The notes under the pieces were generated by a model, which was not told the DNA's origin, searched no databases, and saw only the letters and a program-made list of their open reading frames with translations. Positions 33,761-45,679 of a stretch of 64,000 nt of DNA are shown piece after piece. A program made the position numbers and the translations under genes. The stretch spans positions 186,001-250,000 of the forward strand of contig NW_027191475.1 in assembly GCF_011745625.1 (NCBI RefSeq). Reading direction: 5' to 3'. The DNA comes from Cladosporium halotolerans. Taxonomy: Eukaryota. Position 1 is the first letter of the stretch. Each line of letters opens with the position of its first letter.

Positions 33761-35887
33761 GTTCGCGAATGGAGGCTGGTGTCGTGGCCGCGAGGCGGCG
33801 CGGGCGAAGGGCGCCCTGGATCGTGGGGGAGTTCCTGCTGTTTGCCAGGCCGTTCGGGGAGTTCTCCGCAATAGGGTCCAAAAAAATAATAGGGATAGAG
33901 ATGCTGGTGCGTGGAAATCGCAAAGGGACAGGAAACGAAGGGAGACTCTTCCTACCTGCGATCAAGCAAGAGGCGCCGCGTATACCAGGGCAAGAGCCAG
34001 CCAAGCGATGGTGTTCTGCCCCCCCAGAGAGGGCTCGAGTCTGGCAATGCCATGCCGGTGCCATGGCCCGCTACTGACGATGGCGTCCGCGCCAAGTCGT
34101 CTTGTATTGCAGTACCCGCTGCGGGACGGGGCTGTGACGACTCCGCTCGAGTCTGCTGTCCGGGGTTTTGCCATCGAGTCAGGGATGTTCAAGCATTTTG
34201 TTCCAGAACATCGGATCAGCTCTGCGGCTTCTTGCTGGTATACTCTAAGCCAAGCTCACTTCCATGAGGTCGTTCAGATGGCGTACGCCCAACGTGGGTG
34301 GCGCCGTGAAGGTTTCGCGCGAGGCGAGAAATACTTGCCTTAGCCTCTTGGATCTTCCACGTGTGAGGGCGGCGCTGCACGTGCGCGTCCTACCAGGGCT
34401 CGTCGCTCTGGCCAGCCGACCATGGCGCGCAGCTTTCTCCTCAACGCTGTCGCCTCTTTGGCGTTCGCTTGTCTAGCTCGCACCGAATCCGAGTATATCG
34501 TACCCTCCGTACGCGATACGCCGAACGTGGTATACGCAAAACGTGGTCCGCACTGGAAGCTGTCTGTCTCAAGTGGTCAGATGTCCTCCCTCTGCGCACC
34601 GCAAGCGATCCAAGTCCACTCCCTGAGCCTCTGGGTACTGTACTCTGGGCGTTCGCCGATCACTTCCTGTACCTCACATGTTGCTGGGAAGAGTGTCAGC
34701 TGCTCAGAATGACCCGAGGTGGCATTGCACTTGAAGATGTAGTCTGTCGCAGGTAGTACAAGGCGTTCGGCTGTAGCGAGGTGGCTGGTTTTCTTTTTGA
34801 ACTTGGACAGTCCTGAGGCAGCTAAACTTCACCTTATGCTGTGCAACAGCTGTCCGCTGTCTGCTTGCACTGAGCGCGAGCGATACCAAGGCCCTGGACT
34901 GCGATCGTCGCTGTGTTGCCGTACCGCTTTGACAGGCGGATATGCTGGTGAAGGAAAAGCAACAACAACATGCTGGTACTGCACTACCCGAAAAAGATGA
35001 GTGGTTACAAGAATCCAACCATGGGTGTCGCCCTCAAGTATTTCACCATTTTTGTTGCCTACACTCTACAGCGCGTTTCGACCCTCATCTCGTAATTTGG
35101 ACCAATCTGCGCTGAGCCTACGGAATCCTTCGTGCACGATCCGTCTCGCATCCCGGTCAAGCCGGCTAATGGGAGCGCTAACATCTGACTTGAAGACAGA
35201 GAGATGCCAACTCCACGATTTGCGAGGCTCATCATCGTTTGAACGCGCTTACGGCTCTTTGTCTTCGCAGCCACACCATAGCTTGTGTGTTATAATATTC
35301 GAATCTGGAGGACTTGGGAGCTGCCGAGAAAGATTATACGCCGATCATCTAGACGCCTTGCTCACGACTGCTCACGAGCTCAGATTCTGCCGGTCTTGCT
35401 GCTTACCACAGGTTTCATCTGAATGCAAGAACACAAAAACAAAGAATAACGGAATTGGTTTGAACAGACACCTTTCAACATCTAGAGTCCGAGAAAACAT
35501 TGTCACATTAAGGCTGTAATGGGAGGTCATAGCCATTGAAACATGCACCCAATTGCGAGGCTGATGACCGCGGGTGCATGTGCAGATGCGGCACACAAGT
35601 GGCTGTGACCTGCATGGCTGCGCCCTGCTTGTTGGGTATCAGCTGCTTTCCCCCTCCTTCAACCGACTACTTTGATACTCCCTCAAGGATTTTTCTCGCT
35701 ATCACACATCGTCACTTATGAACACCTCGAAATTTAGGTGACCGCAGACCTGTGATGCCAGTGCTTGCAACAGATCAGCGAACGATTTCACGTTTGGGAC
35801 ATCCCAAACTGGAACAGGGCTGTTCTCGCCAATAGCACATCCTGTATTGTGCGTGTCTCCGCAAAGACTCTTGGGCAATTGAGCGAC

Positions 35888-38800
35888 ATGGAACCGGTGT
35901 CAGCTTTGAGTGTCGCTGCGGCTACGGTTCAATTTCTTGAATTCGGATTGAAGACTCTCAAGCTCTGCAAGCAGATTCGAGACAGCGACAGTGACACCAT
36001 CGAACTCCATGCGGAGGTGCAGCTGTCTATTAAGCGCCTTGAACTCCTCCAACAGGGCGTTACCCTCAACAGGTTTCCTCGTAACACGGTGCGCGGTGTC
36101 AGAGAGACAAGCAGTGACTGCTCGGCCTTGGCGAAAGAGCTGCGTGATCTTCTGGATGAGATACGTGCTATAGCCAAGTCGGGGAAACGTTTCGGTGCCC
36201 TGAAGGCTGCTTTGCGCTCGCTAAAGGACCAGAGGAAGATCGAGAAGCTGCAAGGAAGACTGGAGCAATGCCAGACCAAGTTCCAGACTGCCGTCGCTGT
36301 GGATACACGCGAACAGGTGTTGCAGTTTTTGGAAAATCAAGGGAACATGAGTGATGCGCTGAAAAACATCATTATGCCAGAGCTTCAACGAATGCAGCAG
36401 GAATCCTCGGACGCTCACAGAAAGACTCAGAGCCAGGTGGAGGCGCTTCAGAAGCAATCTGCAGCCGCGCAAGATTCATTTTCCAAGCAGTTGTTGGAGA
36501 GTGGAACTAAGTCTGCGGCCGCTCATGATTTTACTCACAGGCAATTGTCAGAAAACAAAGCCAAGTCTGCAGCGGCGCACAATCTCACACACAGACAACT
36601 TTCGGCAAACCGAAAAGTCTCAGCAGCTGCGCACAAGTCTACGCACAAGCAACTATCCGAGCTCCAGGCTTCAAGCGCATCCGCCTTGGACTCGCAGAAC
36701 AAGACGCGTGTTGAAATGAACTCCGGCTTCGATCATGCCAAAAGTAGTCAGCAGACCGCCTCGACTTACGAGGCTTTCTTGGAGGGCCTGAAATTCCCTG
36801 GTATGTTCGAGAGACAGGAGAGGATCAAACCACCTTCCAAGAACACGTACGAGTGGATATCCAGGAGCAAGTCACAGACAATTTGCGCTGCAAGTTCCTG
36901 CACTGGCTTCGCGAGAATGAGCCTACGTTCTGGATTGTTGGAAAGGCCGGCTCCGGCAAATCCTGCTTAATGTCATTCATAGAAGGCGAACAGCGCACGA
37001 GAGCCGCTCTCAGGTCCTGGGCTGGCGGCCGCCCCCTTCACATATATAGCTTCTTCTTCTGGAGGCCAGGCTCGGAGCTTCAGAAAAGCATCTGTGGTCT
37101 ACTTCGTTCCATGCTCTATCAGATTGCGAGCGCAAAACCTGCAGTCATCGACGCTATCATATCCGACTGCCCGCAATTCGAAAATTTCAGATGGACGGAA
37201 CTGAAACTCGTGTCTGCTTTGCAGCGAGCCTTGAAGCAATACCGCCAAGAGTGTGTCTTCTTCCTAATTGACGGACTCGATGAGTTTACAGGTGATTACT
37301 CGGAGTTGCTCAATATGATTCTCGAGTTGCAGGCTGGGTCAAATATCAAACTCTGTCTTTCAAGCAGACCCGAGGTCGACATACATGACAGACTGTGGTC
37401 CAAACCGTCTATTCGCTTGCAAGATCTGAACTATGATGATATCAGAACACACATCCAGCAAAAGCTCGGACCTCGTGGGCAGGTCTTCCGAGGACTCATA
37501 ACTGAGGTCGCTGACCGCGCCGAAGGCATCTTCTTGTGGGCTGTGCTGGTCACGGAGTCGCTGATCTCCGGACACAAATCCCGGGATAATTATTCAGTCC
37601 TTCTGAGACGGCTGGAAAGGATCCCGGCTGGCTTGAGGGAGCTCTTTCAGCACATGTTTGCCAACATTGATGCTGAACATCGCGAGAGTCTGTCCATATA
37701 TTTTACTCTGCTCAAATGGGAGCAACAACTCGATGATGATTCCTCCTGGCGAGTGGTTTCTCTCACAAAACTCAAGCTCGCTACGGTTCTGTTGTATGGC
37801 ACGCAGTTCGAATCGCTACAACAATATCTTGACGCTTGCAGCGCTATGAGAAAAGGCATCCCCGAGCAGACCAAGGGACTCATCGAACTTACCGGTTGCG
37901 AAGGGCGAAAGGGGTTGAGCTTCCTCTGGGCTTTGAAAGATGTAAGGACGGGCCGCGCTTGTGTACAAAGCCAGGAAGCCGAGCCTTACGAGCTGCTCAC
38001 CTTGGAACTGGCCTGGGTCCACCGATCCGTTTACGACTGCGTACTGGGTGACTCGAGCGATGGCCCAGCGGATTGGATTAATACTATTGATCATCTTGAC
38101 CTCGCACGCAAAGTACTTCACGCTACTCGCTGGCTGACCGAGCGAATCCCGATGGAGGTAAAAGTTGACAAGAACCAGTTGTGGAGCAAAGATCTCGGAA
38201 ACGACATTTGGTGCTTACTTAGTCTGACGCGTCTCGAAGATTGGCACGATTCAGTCCTTCTGCGAGAAGTCTACTGCACGCCCGACGGCATTTACGACTC
38301 TTTCTGCTCCTCTGTGTACGGAAGCGAAAATTGCCAAGTGTTCTCCGCGGGGTTCCGACATTCCTTGACCCAGTATGGAGAGACTCAATCGGGGCCCTGG
38401 AGCCAAAGTGACCCCTTGACGTGGTTTTGGTCGAACGTGCGCCCGGAGTACGGCCAGGGGTATCTTGTGTCTCGCTTCGCACAGATCAAGCGCAATGCTC
38501 ACGCGCGGAAGATTTGCTTTCACCTTGCACTACAAATGCTTGGACCTTCGGACGAATGGAGTGAGGAAGAGCTGCCAGGAAACTCGTTGGTTCTCCGGTA
38601 TCTTGTCGAGGAGGGTAACAGTGGTTTTGAGTCGAACGAGCTAAGTCTTGATCAACACAGTCGCATTTCGTGGCATTATTCATGCACTGGATTCAGATAT
38701 GAGCTATACTTTCTTTTTGTTCAAAGCAAGCGAGATAACGATATCGAGTTCTGGTCTGCCAAGACGAGGGTATGCGATGCGCTGCAGGTATTCTGCGGCA

Positions 38801-39285
38801 CGATGCTCCAGAAAAGTTCAAAAGAAGGCAGGGCGTCTTTGCAAATAGAGGTGCCAATTATCTTCTTCAAGGTTCGAGACCTGGCCAGTAACGAAGAAGG
38901 GTCACGGTGGCAGGGCGCCATCCTGCGACTACTTTGTCTTGATGTGAGGGCTGAACGTCTTAGAAAATCGTCTTCTGTTGAGTACACCAAAGTCGCCGCG
39001 CATTTCGATTTGAGCAACAAGCTGACGTCTGAGCTGATGACCTTCCTGTGCCACCAGAGCGAGGACAGAGACATGATTTTGAGATTTACTGGAATGCCGG
39101 ACGACCGCGCACGATGCTTGGAGCGCGTTAGAAGTGAGATCTGGGCCAACAAGGACGGACAACTGGACGCTTGGCGGCAACTGTATATTTTGGCTTGTGT
39201 CAAGGCTTGGTTCGAAGACTTCTGGATATCTAAAGAACATGCAATTGAGCTCGGCAGGACTAAGAGTGAGCTCCCGGTTTACTAG
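35888..39285 (+). pseudogene. Fungal NLR-like STAND protein (HeLo-like N-terminus + NACHT) interrupted by a 1-nt frameshift at ~36860
   Basis: N-terminus MEPVSALSVAAATVQFLEFG; pre-NACHT FLEGLKF..RQERI..TYEWI in one frame; FLHWL..FWIVGKAGSGKS (Walker A), FFLIDGLDE (Walker B), LSSRPE and AEGIFLWAVL in another. May be an intact gene with an assembly error. Confidence 0.8.
36404..36690 (+). repeat. 54-bp (18-aa) coding tandem repeat, 5-6 copies
   Basis: SxxAH-type codons at 36404, 36458, 36512, 36566, 36620 (36674 degenerate); consensus SAAAHxxTHRQLSxNxxK. Confidence 0.88.
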
Positions 39286-39314
39286 CTAGAACCAGACGCA
39301 CAAAACCACCGGCT

Positions 39315-42300
39315 CTACCTCGCCAACACCTCCTCGACAATCCAGTCTCCCTTTCTGCCTCTACTCTGCCGAACCTTCCAAGCCCCCATCGGCCAAGGCG
39401 CAGCAGCAACACCAGCCGGTCCATGAACTTCCACGCTAACCCAGCAAACCCTCTTCTTCCCACCATCCAGCTCCTCAATCTTACCCACCGGCTTCCCCAG
39501 CTCAAGCAAAGGCGTGCCTTCAGCAAGCGCAGCAACCTGCTTCGCGCCCAAAGCCGTGAGCGGGTGCATGCGCGTCCGCGGCGTCCTCGCAGCAGTCCCG
39601 GCATCGGCGATGCTCGACGCCGCGGCTCGCGAGAGGTGGCTGTAAACGATGTACGCGGGCATCTCGGCGACGCTGCGGCGGGCGAGGACGGACGCTGCGT
39701 GCACGAAGACGGAGCGCTGCATCTCTTGCTGCTCGGGCGGAGCAGTGCGGTCGACCGAGTCTGTTGAGGGGAAAAGAGTCGTGTAGGGGACTTCGATTGC
39801 GCGGCGGGGTTTGCGGAGCGCTGAGGGGGCGGCGTTGGGGAGCAGGTCGTTGCGGATGGCAAGGTTGTCGATGAAGCCGGATGCGACGATTTGGTTGAGG
39901 AGCTTGCGCTCGCGCTCCGAGGGCAGGGCGACGGTCGGCTGCCATGAGAAGGCTTTGTTCTGTGCTGCAGAGCGCTGCGTGCTGCGGACGATGTTGTGCA
40001 GCTGAGCGCGGAGCTGTTGGACTTCTTGCATGGCCTTCTCGCGGAGGAAGAAGTCTGCGCAGAAGGTCGAGGCGGTCTGCTTCGAGAGTGCGTCTGCGTG
40101 TGCAGCAACGGCTGTGAGCATTTTGATGCTGTCGCTGCGGTCGTCCCATCGAGACAGAGTTGCTTGCGCGCGACCGTAGGCTTGGTGCCGCCTCTGAGCG
40201 GCAGTCTGAGCGGCAGATTCGGCCTGGCGAGCTGAAGCGCGCGACTCAGGGTCTGAGTCGTAGTCGCTATCTGCGTCTTCGTCCTTCGATCCGCTCGGGT
40301 TGAACTGAGCTTCTGGGATCATGAGGTCACCTACAGCCAGTGCCGCAACCGTGGCGATGGTCGGGGCAACAAGGTTGTTGCGCTGAGCAAGCAGAAGCAT
40401 TTTGCCGAAGCGCGGGCTAACAGGATGCTTAATGAGCTCCCTACCAGTGTCTGTGATCCTGCCAGTCTTCGCATCAATGGCGCCCAAGTTTGACAGTAGC
40501 TTTTCCGCCGTGGCCAGTTGCGAGCGATCGGGAGGAGTGGGGAAGGGGAAGTTGACCACATGATCGATCTCCATTGCCTTCAGTTGCAGTACTGTCGACT
40601 CGAGGGGTGTTCGAAGGACTTCTGGAATGCTGTGTTCGGCGAAATAATTTTCGAATACAGCACTGCTGTAGAGGCGGTAGCAGTGGCCAGGCCCAGTACG
40701 ACCCGCACGTCCAGAACGCTGTGATGCGCTGGCTTTAGATATCCAGTCAATCTCGAAGGTCTGCACGCCCGTTGAAGTGTCATATTTCTTTTCCTTGCTT
40801 CTGCCGCAGTCAAAGACGTAGCGGACACCGGGAATAGTGAGTGATGTCTCTGCAACATTCGTTGCAAGCACAATCATGCGGGATCCATCAGGCGGAGGCT
40901 GGAAAACACGCATCTGCTGAACGGTCGGCAAAGAAGCGTACAGGGGAAGGATGTGAGGCTTGAGGGCGCCTCGAGGGCCAGAGTCGTCTTCAACTTCGAA
41001 CTCCGCATCTTCAGCATCATCGACACCTTCGAACTCAGCGTCGGAGTCATCGCTATCTTCGCCCTCCAGAGTGTCGTTGGGCTTGCGATGACTGCTTTCT
41101 TCCATATCTTCGAGCTCAAGGGGCATTTGATCTGCGCTTTCCTTCGCTTTCAGCATCTTACCGTATCCCGCGGTGTTACCACCCAGTGCATCCTTGAGCC
41201 GCTTCGCGACCGTCTCGATTTCATTTTGACCAGTTAGGAAAACAAGAATGCTACCGGGTGGTAGTTTCTTGTGCCCTCGTGAAACCTTTGTGACGGTCTC
41301 CGCGACGAAGTCCCGTTGCGTCTTGCGACTGAAATGTACGGTAACAGGGTATTGCCGGCCTTCTGCTTCAACAATCGGTGGGGCACCATTTCTGAACAAT
41401 CGCTGGTTCTGCATGAAATCCGATACCCTCAAAGTTGCACTCATGATGACGAGCTTGAGTGGATAGTACTTCTCCGGTTCTTCCTTGCTCAGCTCGTCTC
41501 GAAGGTTGACAATCCTCGAGAGCATGCCAATGAGAATGTCGGTGTTCACGCTGCGCTCGTGTGCCTCGTCAATGACGATAGCGGAGTACTTTGACAGAAT
41601 GAAGTCCTGCGAGATCTCGCGAAGAAGGATACCGTCCGTCATGAACTTCATCGCGGTTTCACGCGAAACTGTCGTGTCGTACCGTACTTGGTGACCGACG
41701 CGATTTTTGTACTCGTCGCCCATCTCCGTAGCCACGCGGTCAGCCACCGACACAGCCGCGACACGGCGAGGCTGTGTGACGCCAATCATGCCTCTGCCAA
41801 GCGATGGGTTGCCTGCGTCTTCGGTGGTGTTCTTGTTGCTGATCAAGGCGCCGTAACCGGACTCATACATCATTTGCGGGACCTGGGTGGTTTTTCCTGA
41901 TCCGGTGGCACCGCAAACCACGACAACGGGGTTGTTGTGGATGGCCTCCATAATCTTCTGCTCTTCTTGTACAACAGGGAGCTCCATGCGCACTTTTTGA
42001 ATTTCCTCAGAGCGGGGGATCGTGATAGCGCTCTTAGGACGAGCGGGAGCATCTGTGGGAATGCTCGCGAGAGCTTGTGCGACCGGGTCCGGCGACGGTG
42101 CTCTAGGCTTGAAGGCTGCTTTAATAACCTCATCCTGAAGGGGTGCCGTCGAAGGCTTGAACCCAAGAGCGTCATGTCGTTGTTCCGTCGCCCAAAGCTT
42201 GAACGCTGATGAGCGGGCCTTCTTCGCTGCATTCTTCCCTTCCTTGTCCTCACCGTCTTCGTCACTCTCATCTTCCTCCTCCTCCTCCTCCTCCTCCTCC

Positions 42301-43142
42301 TCCTCCTCCTCGCTATCTTCTTCCTCCGAACTCTCGTCATTGTCATCTTGAGAGTCTTCCTCAGGTTCAGAGTCGAAGCCTCTGAAGTCAGATTCCTTGC
42401 TGTCGCTGTGGCCTTCTGATGCACCTTCTGTTGCACCCTCCATTTCTTCATCTTCGTCTTCGGCAGTCTGTCTTGCTCGTGGGTCTTCCCTCTTTCTCCT
42501 CTTGCGCTTCTTAATTACCGGCCTGCCATCCTCGCCCATTTCCAGTGGTCTTTTGAGCCCACCCCCAAACAGTCCGCCCGATCCAACACCGTTTACCTTC
42601 GGTGCCACCACTGGCTGGTCAACTTGAGGAGCTTTCACCTCCGCGCCATCCCTAGAAGCATCGTCATCTTCATCCTCATCCACGTGCTCTGGTTCGTCCA
42701 AGGGCTCCTCCACGCTCTTCCTTCTCTCAAAGAGGATCGCGTCATGGTCTCCTCTAACGTCAATTCCCCTTTCCCGCTCCTTCAGGGCTCTCTGCAAGCC
42801 CTCTCTTTTGCTCTCACCAACGCGACCGAGCTTCTTCGCACTTTGCAGCAGACTTGTGTCGACCTGCTGAGCCGCGAGCTTCTTGATCAGTTCCTGGTTC
42901 TCCTCTTTCCTCAACTTTGTGTCGATGTAATGGTCTAGTCGCTTGCGCTTCTTGCTCGTAATTTTCGACTGCGGCTGCTGTGCGCGCAGCTCCTCTTGCA
43001 GCTTGCGCCGGCGTTCGTCCTTCTCGGCCGCTGTCTTGGGCAGAAGGACATCAGCGTTGGCATTTTCGTCCACCGCCGATGTTGGCTTCTGTTTCGCGAG
43101 GCGCTTGTGCTTGCGCTCTCGAGGCACAAATTTTGGAGGCAT
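39315..43142 (-). CDS. DHR1: DEAH-box RNA helicase Dhr1/Ecm16 (DHX37), 40S biogenesis
   Basis: GATGSGKTTQVPQ, TQPRRVAA, DEAHERS, MSAT, ATNVAETSLTIPG, QRSGRAGRTGPGHCYRLYSS; N-terminal KKRKRLDHYIDTKLRK. Confidence 0.95.
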   Translation of the reverse strand: MPPKFVPRERKHKRLAKQKPTSAVDENANADVLLPKTAAEKDERRRKLQEELRAQQPQSKITSKKRKRLDHYIDTKLRKEENQELIKKLAAQQVDTSLLQSAKKLGRVGESKREGLQRALKERERGIDVRGDHDAILFERRKSVEEPLDEPEHVDEDEDDDASRDGAEVKAPQVDQPVVAPKVNGVGSGGLFGGGLKRPLEMGEDGRPVIKKRKRRKREDPRARQTAEDEDEEMEGATEGASEGHSDSKESDFRGFDSEPEEDSQDDNDESSEEEDSEEEEEEEEEEEEEDESDEDGEDKEGKNAAKKARSSAFKLWATEQRHDALGFKPSTAPLQDEVIKAAFKPRAPSPDPVAQALASIPTDAPARPKSAITIPRSEEIQKVRMELPVVQEEQKIMEAIHNNPVVVVCGATGSGKTTQVPQMMYESGYGALISNKNTTEDAGNPSLGRGMIGVTQPRRVAAVSVADRVATEMGDEYKNRVGHQVRYDTTVSRETAMKFMTDGILLREISQDFILSKYSAIVIDEAHERSVNTDILIGMLSRIVNLRDELSKEEPEKYYPLKLVIMSATLRVSDFMQNQRLFRNGAPPIVEAEGRQYPVTVHFSRKTQRDFVAETVTKVSRGHKKLPPGSILVFLTGQNEIETVAKRLKDALGGNTAGYGKMLKAKESADQMPLELEDMEESSHRKPNDTLEGEDSDDSDAEFEGVDDAEDAEFEVEDDSGPRGALKPHILPLYASLPTVQQMRVFQPPPDGSRMIVLATNVAETSLTIPGVRYVFDCGRSKEKKYDTSTGVQTFEIDWISKASASQRSGRAGRTGPGHCYRLYSSAVFENYFAEHSIPEVLRTPLESTVLQLKAMEIDHVVNFPFPTPPDRSQLATAEKLLSNLGAIDAKTGRITDTGRELIKHPVSPRFGKMLLLAQRNNLVAPTIATVAALAVGDLMIPEAQFNPSGSKDEDADSDYDSDPESRASARQAESAAQTAAQRRHQAYGRAQATLSRWDDRSDSIKMLTAVAAHADALSKQTASTFCADFFLREKAMQEVQQLRAQLHNIVRSTQRSAAQNKAFSWQPTVALPSERERKLLNQIVASGFIDNLAIRNDLLPNAAPSALRKPRRAIEVPYTTLFPSTDSVDRTAPPEQQEMQRSVFVHAASVLARRSVAEMPAYIVYSHLSRAAASSIADAGTAARTPRTRMHPLTALGAKQVAALAEGTPLLELGKPVGKIEELDGGKKRVCWVSVEVHGPAGVAAAPWPMGAWKVRQSRGRKGDWIVEEVLAR

Positions 43143-43484
43143 GGCGCCTTTGTGTGCAGTGCAACTGCGATTGTGGTATCTTCAATGTCGAGCTCGAGAC
43201 GAAAATGTGAAGCTTTGCGATTTCCCCGCAAGCTTTCACATGCAGAGGTGGATCGGCGGACCGAACCTTGAACGTAGGGCTGGCTTCATCAGACATCGAC
43301 CAGTACAGTATTGGATCTGCTGCTTTATTATTTGTGTTCATTACATCAGTCTCTTGCAAGGGGATTGGACGATCCTGGCCACCGAAATCACGCGGTTTTC
43401 GTGAAAGCTTACGAAATCTACCTACCCAGCGTCGCAAACCTGAGCTCACCCTCGATAAGATCCACGACTCTTGCCCTCTCCGCA

Positions 43485-43940
43485 ATGGCTACTCCAGATA
43501 CTCAGCCAACACCGTTCCCGGCTCCTACCAAATCGTCAGATGGCCTCGTCCTCGACAATCCTACAGCAGTGACCTGCACTTCCTTCTCCGACAAAATCCT
43601 CCTTACGGTCTCGCAGGCGGGCAAACTGGCACATTGGGTCCACGTCCCGCTCGCCACCACGAATGCCGACCCTATGAACCCCGGCATGTTTCACAACCAC
43701 GATACAACTAACGAATTATTGCCGATGACCCATCTGACGGCAACGACGGTGTTGGGTGGCACCAAGCGGGATGACGAGATTGTGGGCCAGACACTAGCAA
43801 CAACGATCGGTAGCGCAATTCTCATGAAGCAGCCGCAGGAAGAGCGCATGCTAGTGCTCGGGCTGGGCTTGACCGGGGCATCAGGGATGGGAAGGGAGGG
43901 GTTTGACGCAGTAGTTGGGCTGGTCCTGGAGTGTCTGTGA
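43485..43940 (+). CDS. Proteasome assembly chaperone 3 (PAC3/PSMG3-like)
   Basis: 151 aa; FPAPTK, FSDKILLTVSQAGKLAHWVHVPL, HLTATTVLGG, EERMLVLGLGL. Confidence 0.75.
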   Translation: MATPDTQPTPFPAPTKSSDGLVLDNPTAVTCTSFSDKILLTVSQAGKLAHWVHVPLATTNADPMNPGMFHNHDTTNELLPMTHLTATTVLGGTKRDDEIVGQTLATTIGSAILMKQPQEERMLVLGLGLTGASGMGREGFDAVVGLVLECL

Positions 43941-44054
43941 ATTTGGTTTGTTGCCTCAGGCTCTCCAGATTTGATGCCTGAATCGCGCTTCGAAAGCTGA
44001 TCGCGTCCTCCAAACGCGAACTTCAAGTGCGCATGGTGAGGTGCACACGCGACC

Positions 44055-45497
44055 ATGTTCACGACGCAACATGCGTTGCAATTGCCACAGGATGGTGATT
44101 TCTGTAGTGAGTACCCAGATACTTCTAATTATGGGCCGCACTAACTCCAATCAGATATCGTGCTCTCGACGCCCAGCAGCTACAGCATTGCTCCAGCCAA
44201 AGATGCGCCTCTTCGATTCCTCAGTGTAGTCGACGTCGCCCAATTGCCGTTACATATACTTCTTGGACAGCAATACAATGTATCCACAAATGATGTTTCT
44301 GCACAACAATACCTTGAGCGTGTCCTTCTCGCCTGCCCTAAAGAGACAGAAGCATGGTGGAAGACGTTCCGGCCCGAGTCACCTCTGGGGATACTAGTAG
44401 CGGTAGAAGGCGAAGGACGGACAAGTAAGGATCTGCCGCAAATCACGGAGCTGTTGCTTGTCGCGTCTCAAGCTTCCACAATACATGGACAGAGGTTACC
44501 AACGCCCCCGGCATCTTCTCCGTTTGAACGCATCATCGGCGATACGAACGTTCCTGGCCAGCAATCGCTTCATGTCATTGCTTTGGCGATCTGCTCGGAC
44601 TTCTTAGACTCTGTCAATCTCCCGTCACCGCCGCTGTCGCCTATTCCGGACAACGTAGATACGATACCGGCAACTTTTCTTCCACCTCTCATCCCTCAGC
44701 CGACGGAAACAATTCACGAGCCACCAACCAAGAAGCGGCGTACAGCGACCTCAACATTGGACGAAGCAACTGCTCGCCGTGCTGCAGCTCGTCGTGGAGG
44801 AGGTGAAAGCATCTCTGCAGCCGCTGCAGCGAAGCCTGTTGCCCATCAACGCCGCCCTTCTAGCAACACTCTTCAGACCCGCCCACTGTCCAGATCTCCC
44901 AGCATTTCGTCCTCGCGTCCAGGGAGTGTCCGTGGCAATCATCCGCTCGAGAAGCAACCTTCGACACTAAGCCGCGTGCAAAGCCTTTCCGCCCTACCGG
45001 CTGAACCATCGCCCGAGGACAGTGCAGCGGCAGCGACCGAGTCAAAGAACAAGGACACCATCGCCCGGGTCGTAATGGCTGGAATGCGCCTCTACGGTTT
45101 GTCTCAATCGACCCGCAAGCTTCTCCGAAACAAACAACGCACCGGCTCACAGTCTCCACTACCGCCAGAGGAGAACGCATCTCCGGAGGAGCTGGCAGCC
45201 GAACGTAAGAACGACGAAGAGTACAAAGCCGTTTACCATCAGGTCCACAAAGGCGTTTGCTTTGCGTTCAGATCGCACATGCACACGCTGCCGCTGCAGG
45301 GCTACACTGACGCGTTGCGCGAGACGGCGGACAAGTTGCTGGCGATGTTCTGCTCGGACCCGCTAGCACAAGGGTTGCTTGGTGGCGGTGAACAGAAGTT
45401 CACGCCGGGTGGCCGGAAGGCTTTTGGAAGTGCAAAGGTCGAGGAGGAGGGGAAGAGTCCCTTTGATGTTGCAAAGGGAGGCATGGGTAGGATGTGA
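44055..45497 (+). CDS. Sld7 C-terminal-domain protein; join(44055..44106,44155..45497)
   Basis: A 48-nt intron GTGAGT..ACTAAC..TCAG supplies the ATG. C-terminal NKDTIARVVMAGMRLYGL and EEYKAVYHQVHKGVCFAFR resemble fungal Sld7_C. Confidence 0.75.
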
Positions 45498-45679
45498 GGA
45501 GCATGCTTGGCGATGCATCTAATGAAGCAGACTAACGAAGTAATGAAACCGACATGAGTAAGCAGATTGAGAGTGCTTTGTTTTGGGGCACTCGACAATT
45601 TTGTCAAATAGCAGTATTACCACAACCTTTGCATTCATGTAGATGGTCTTGTATTTCTTATACCTGCCGAACCTCATCC

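Noticed and set aside
42270..42312. (TCC)n microsatellite
   Set aside because: Encodes the ordinary poly-Glu acidic tract of Dhr1.
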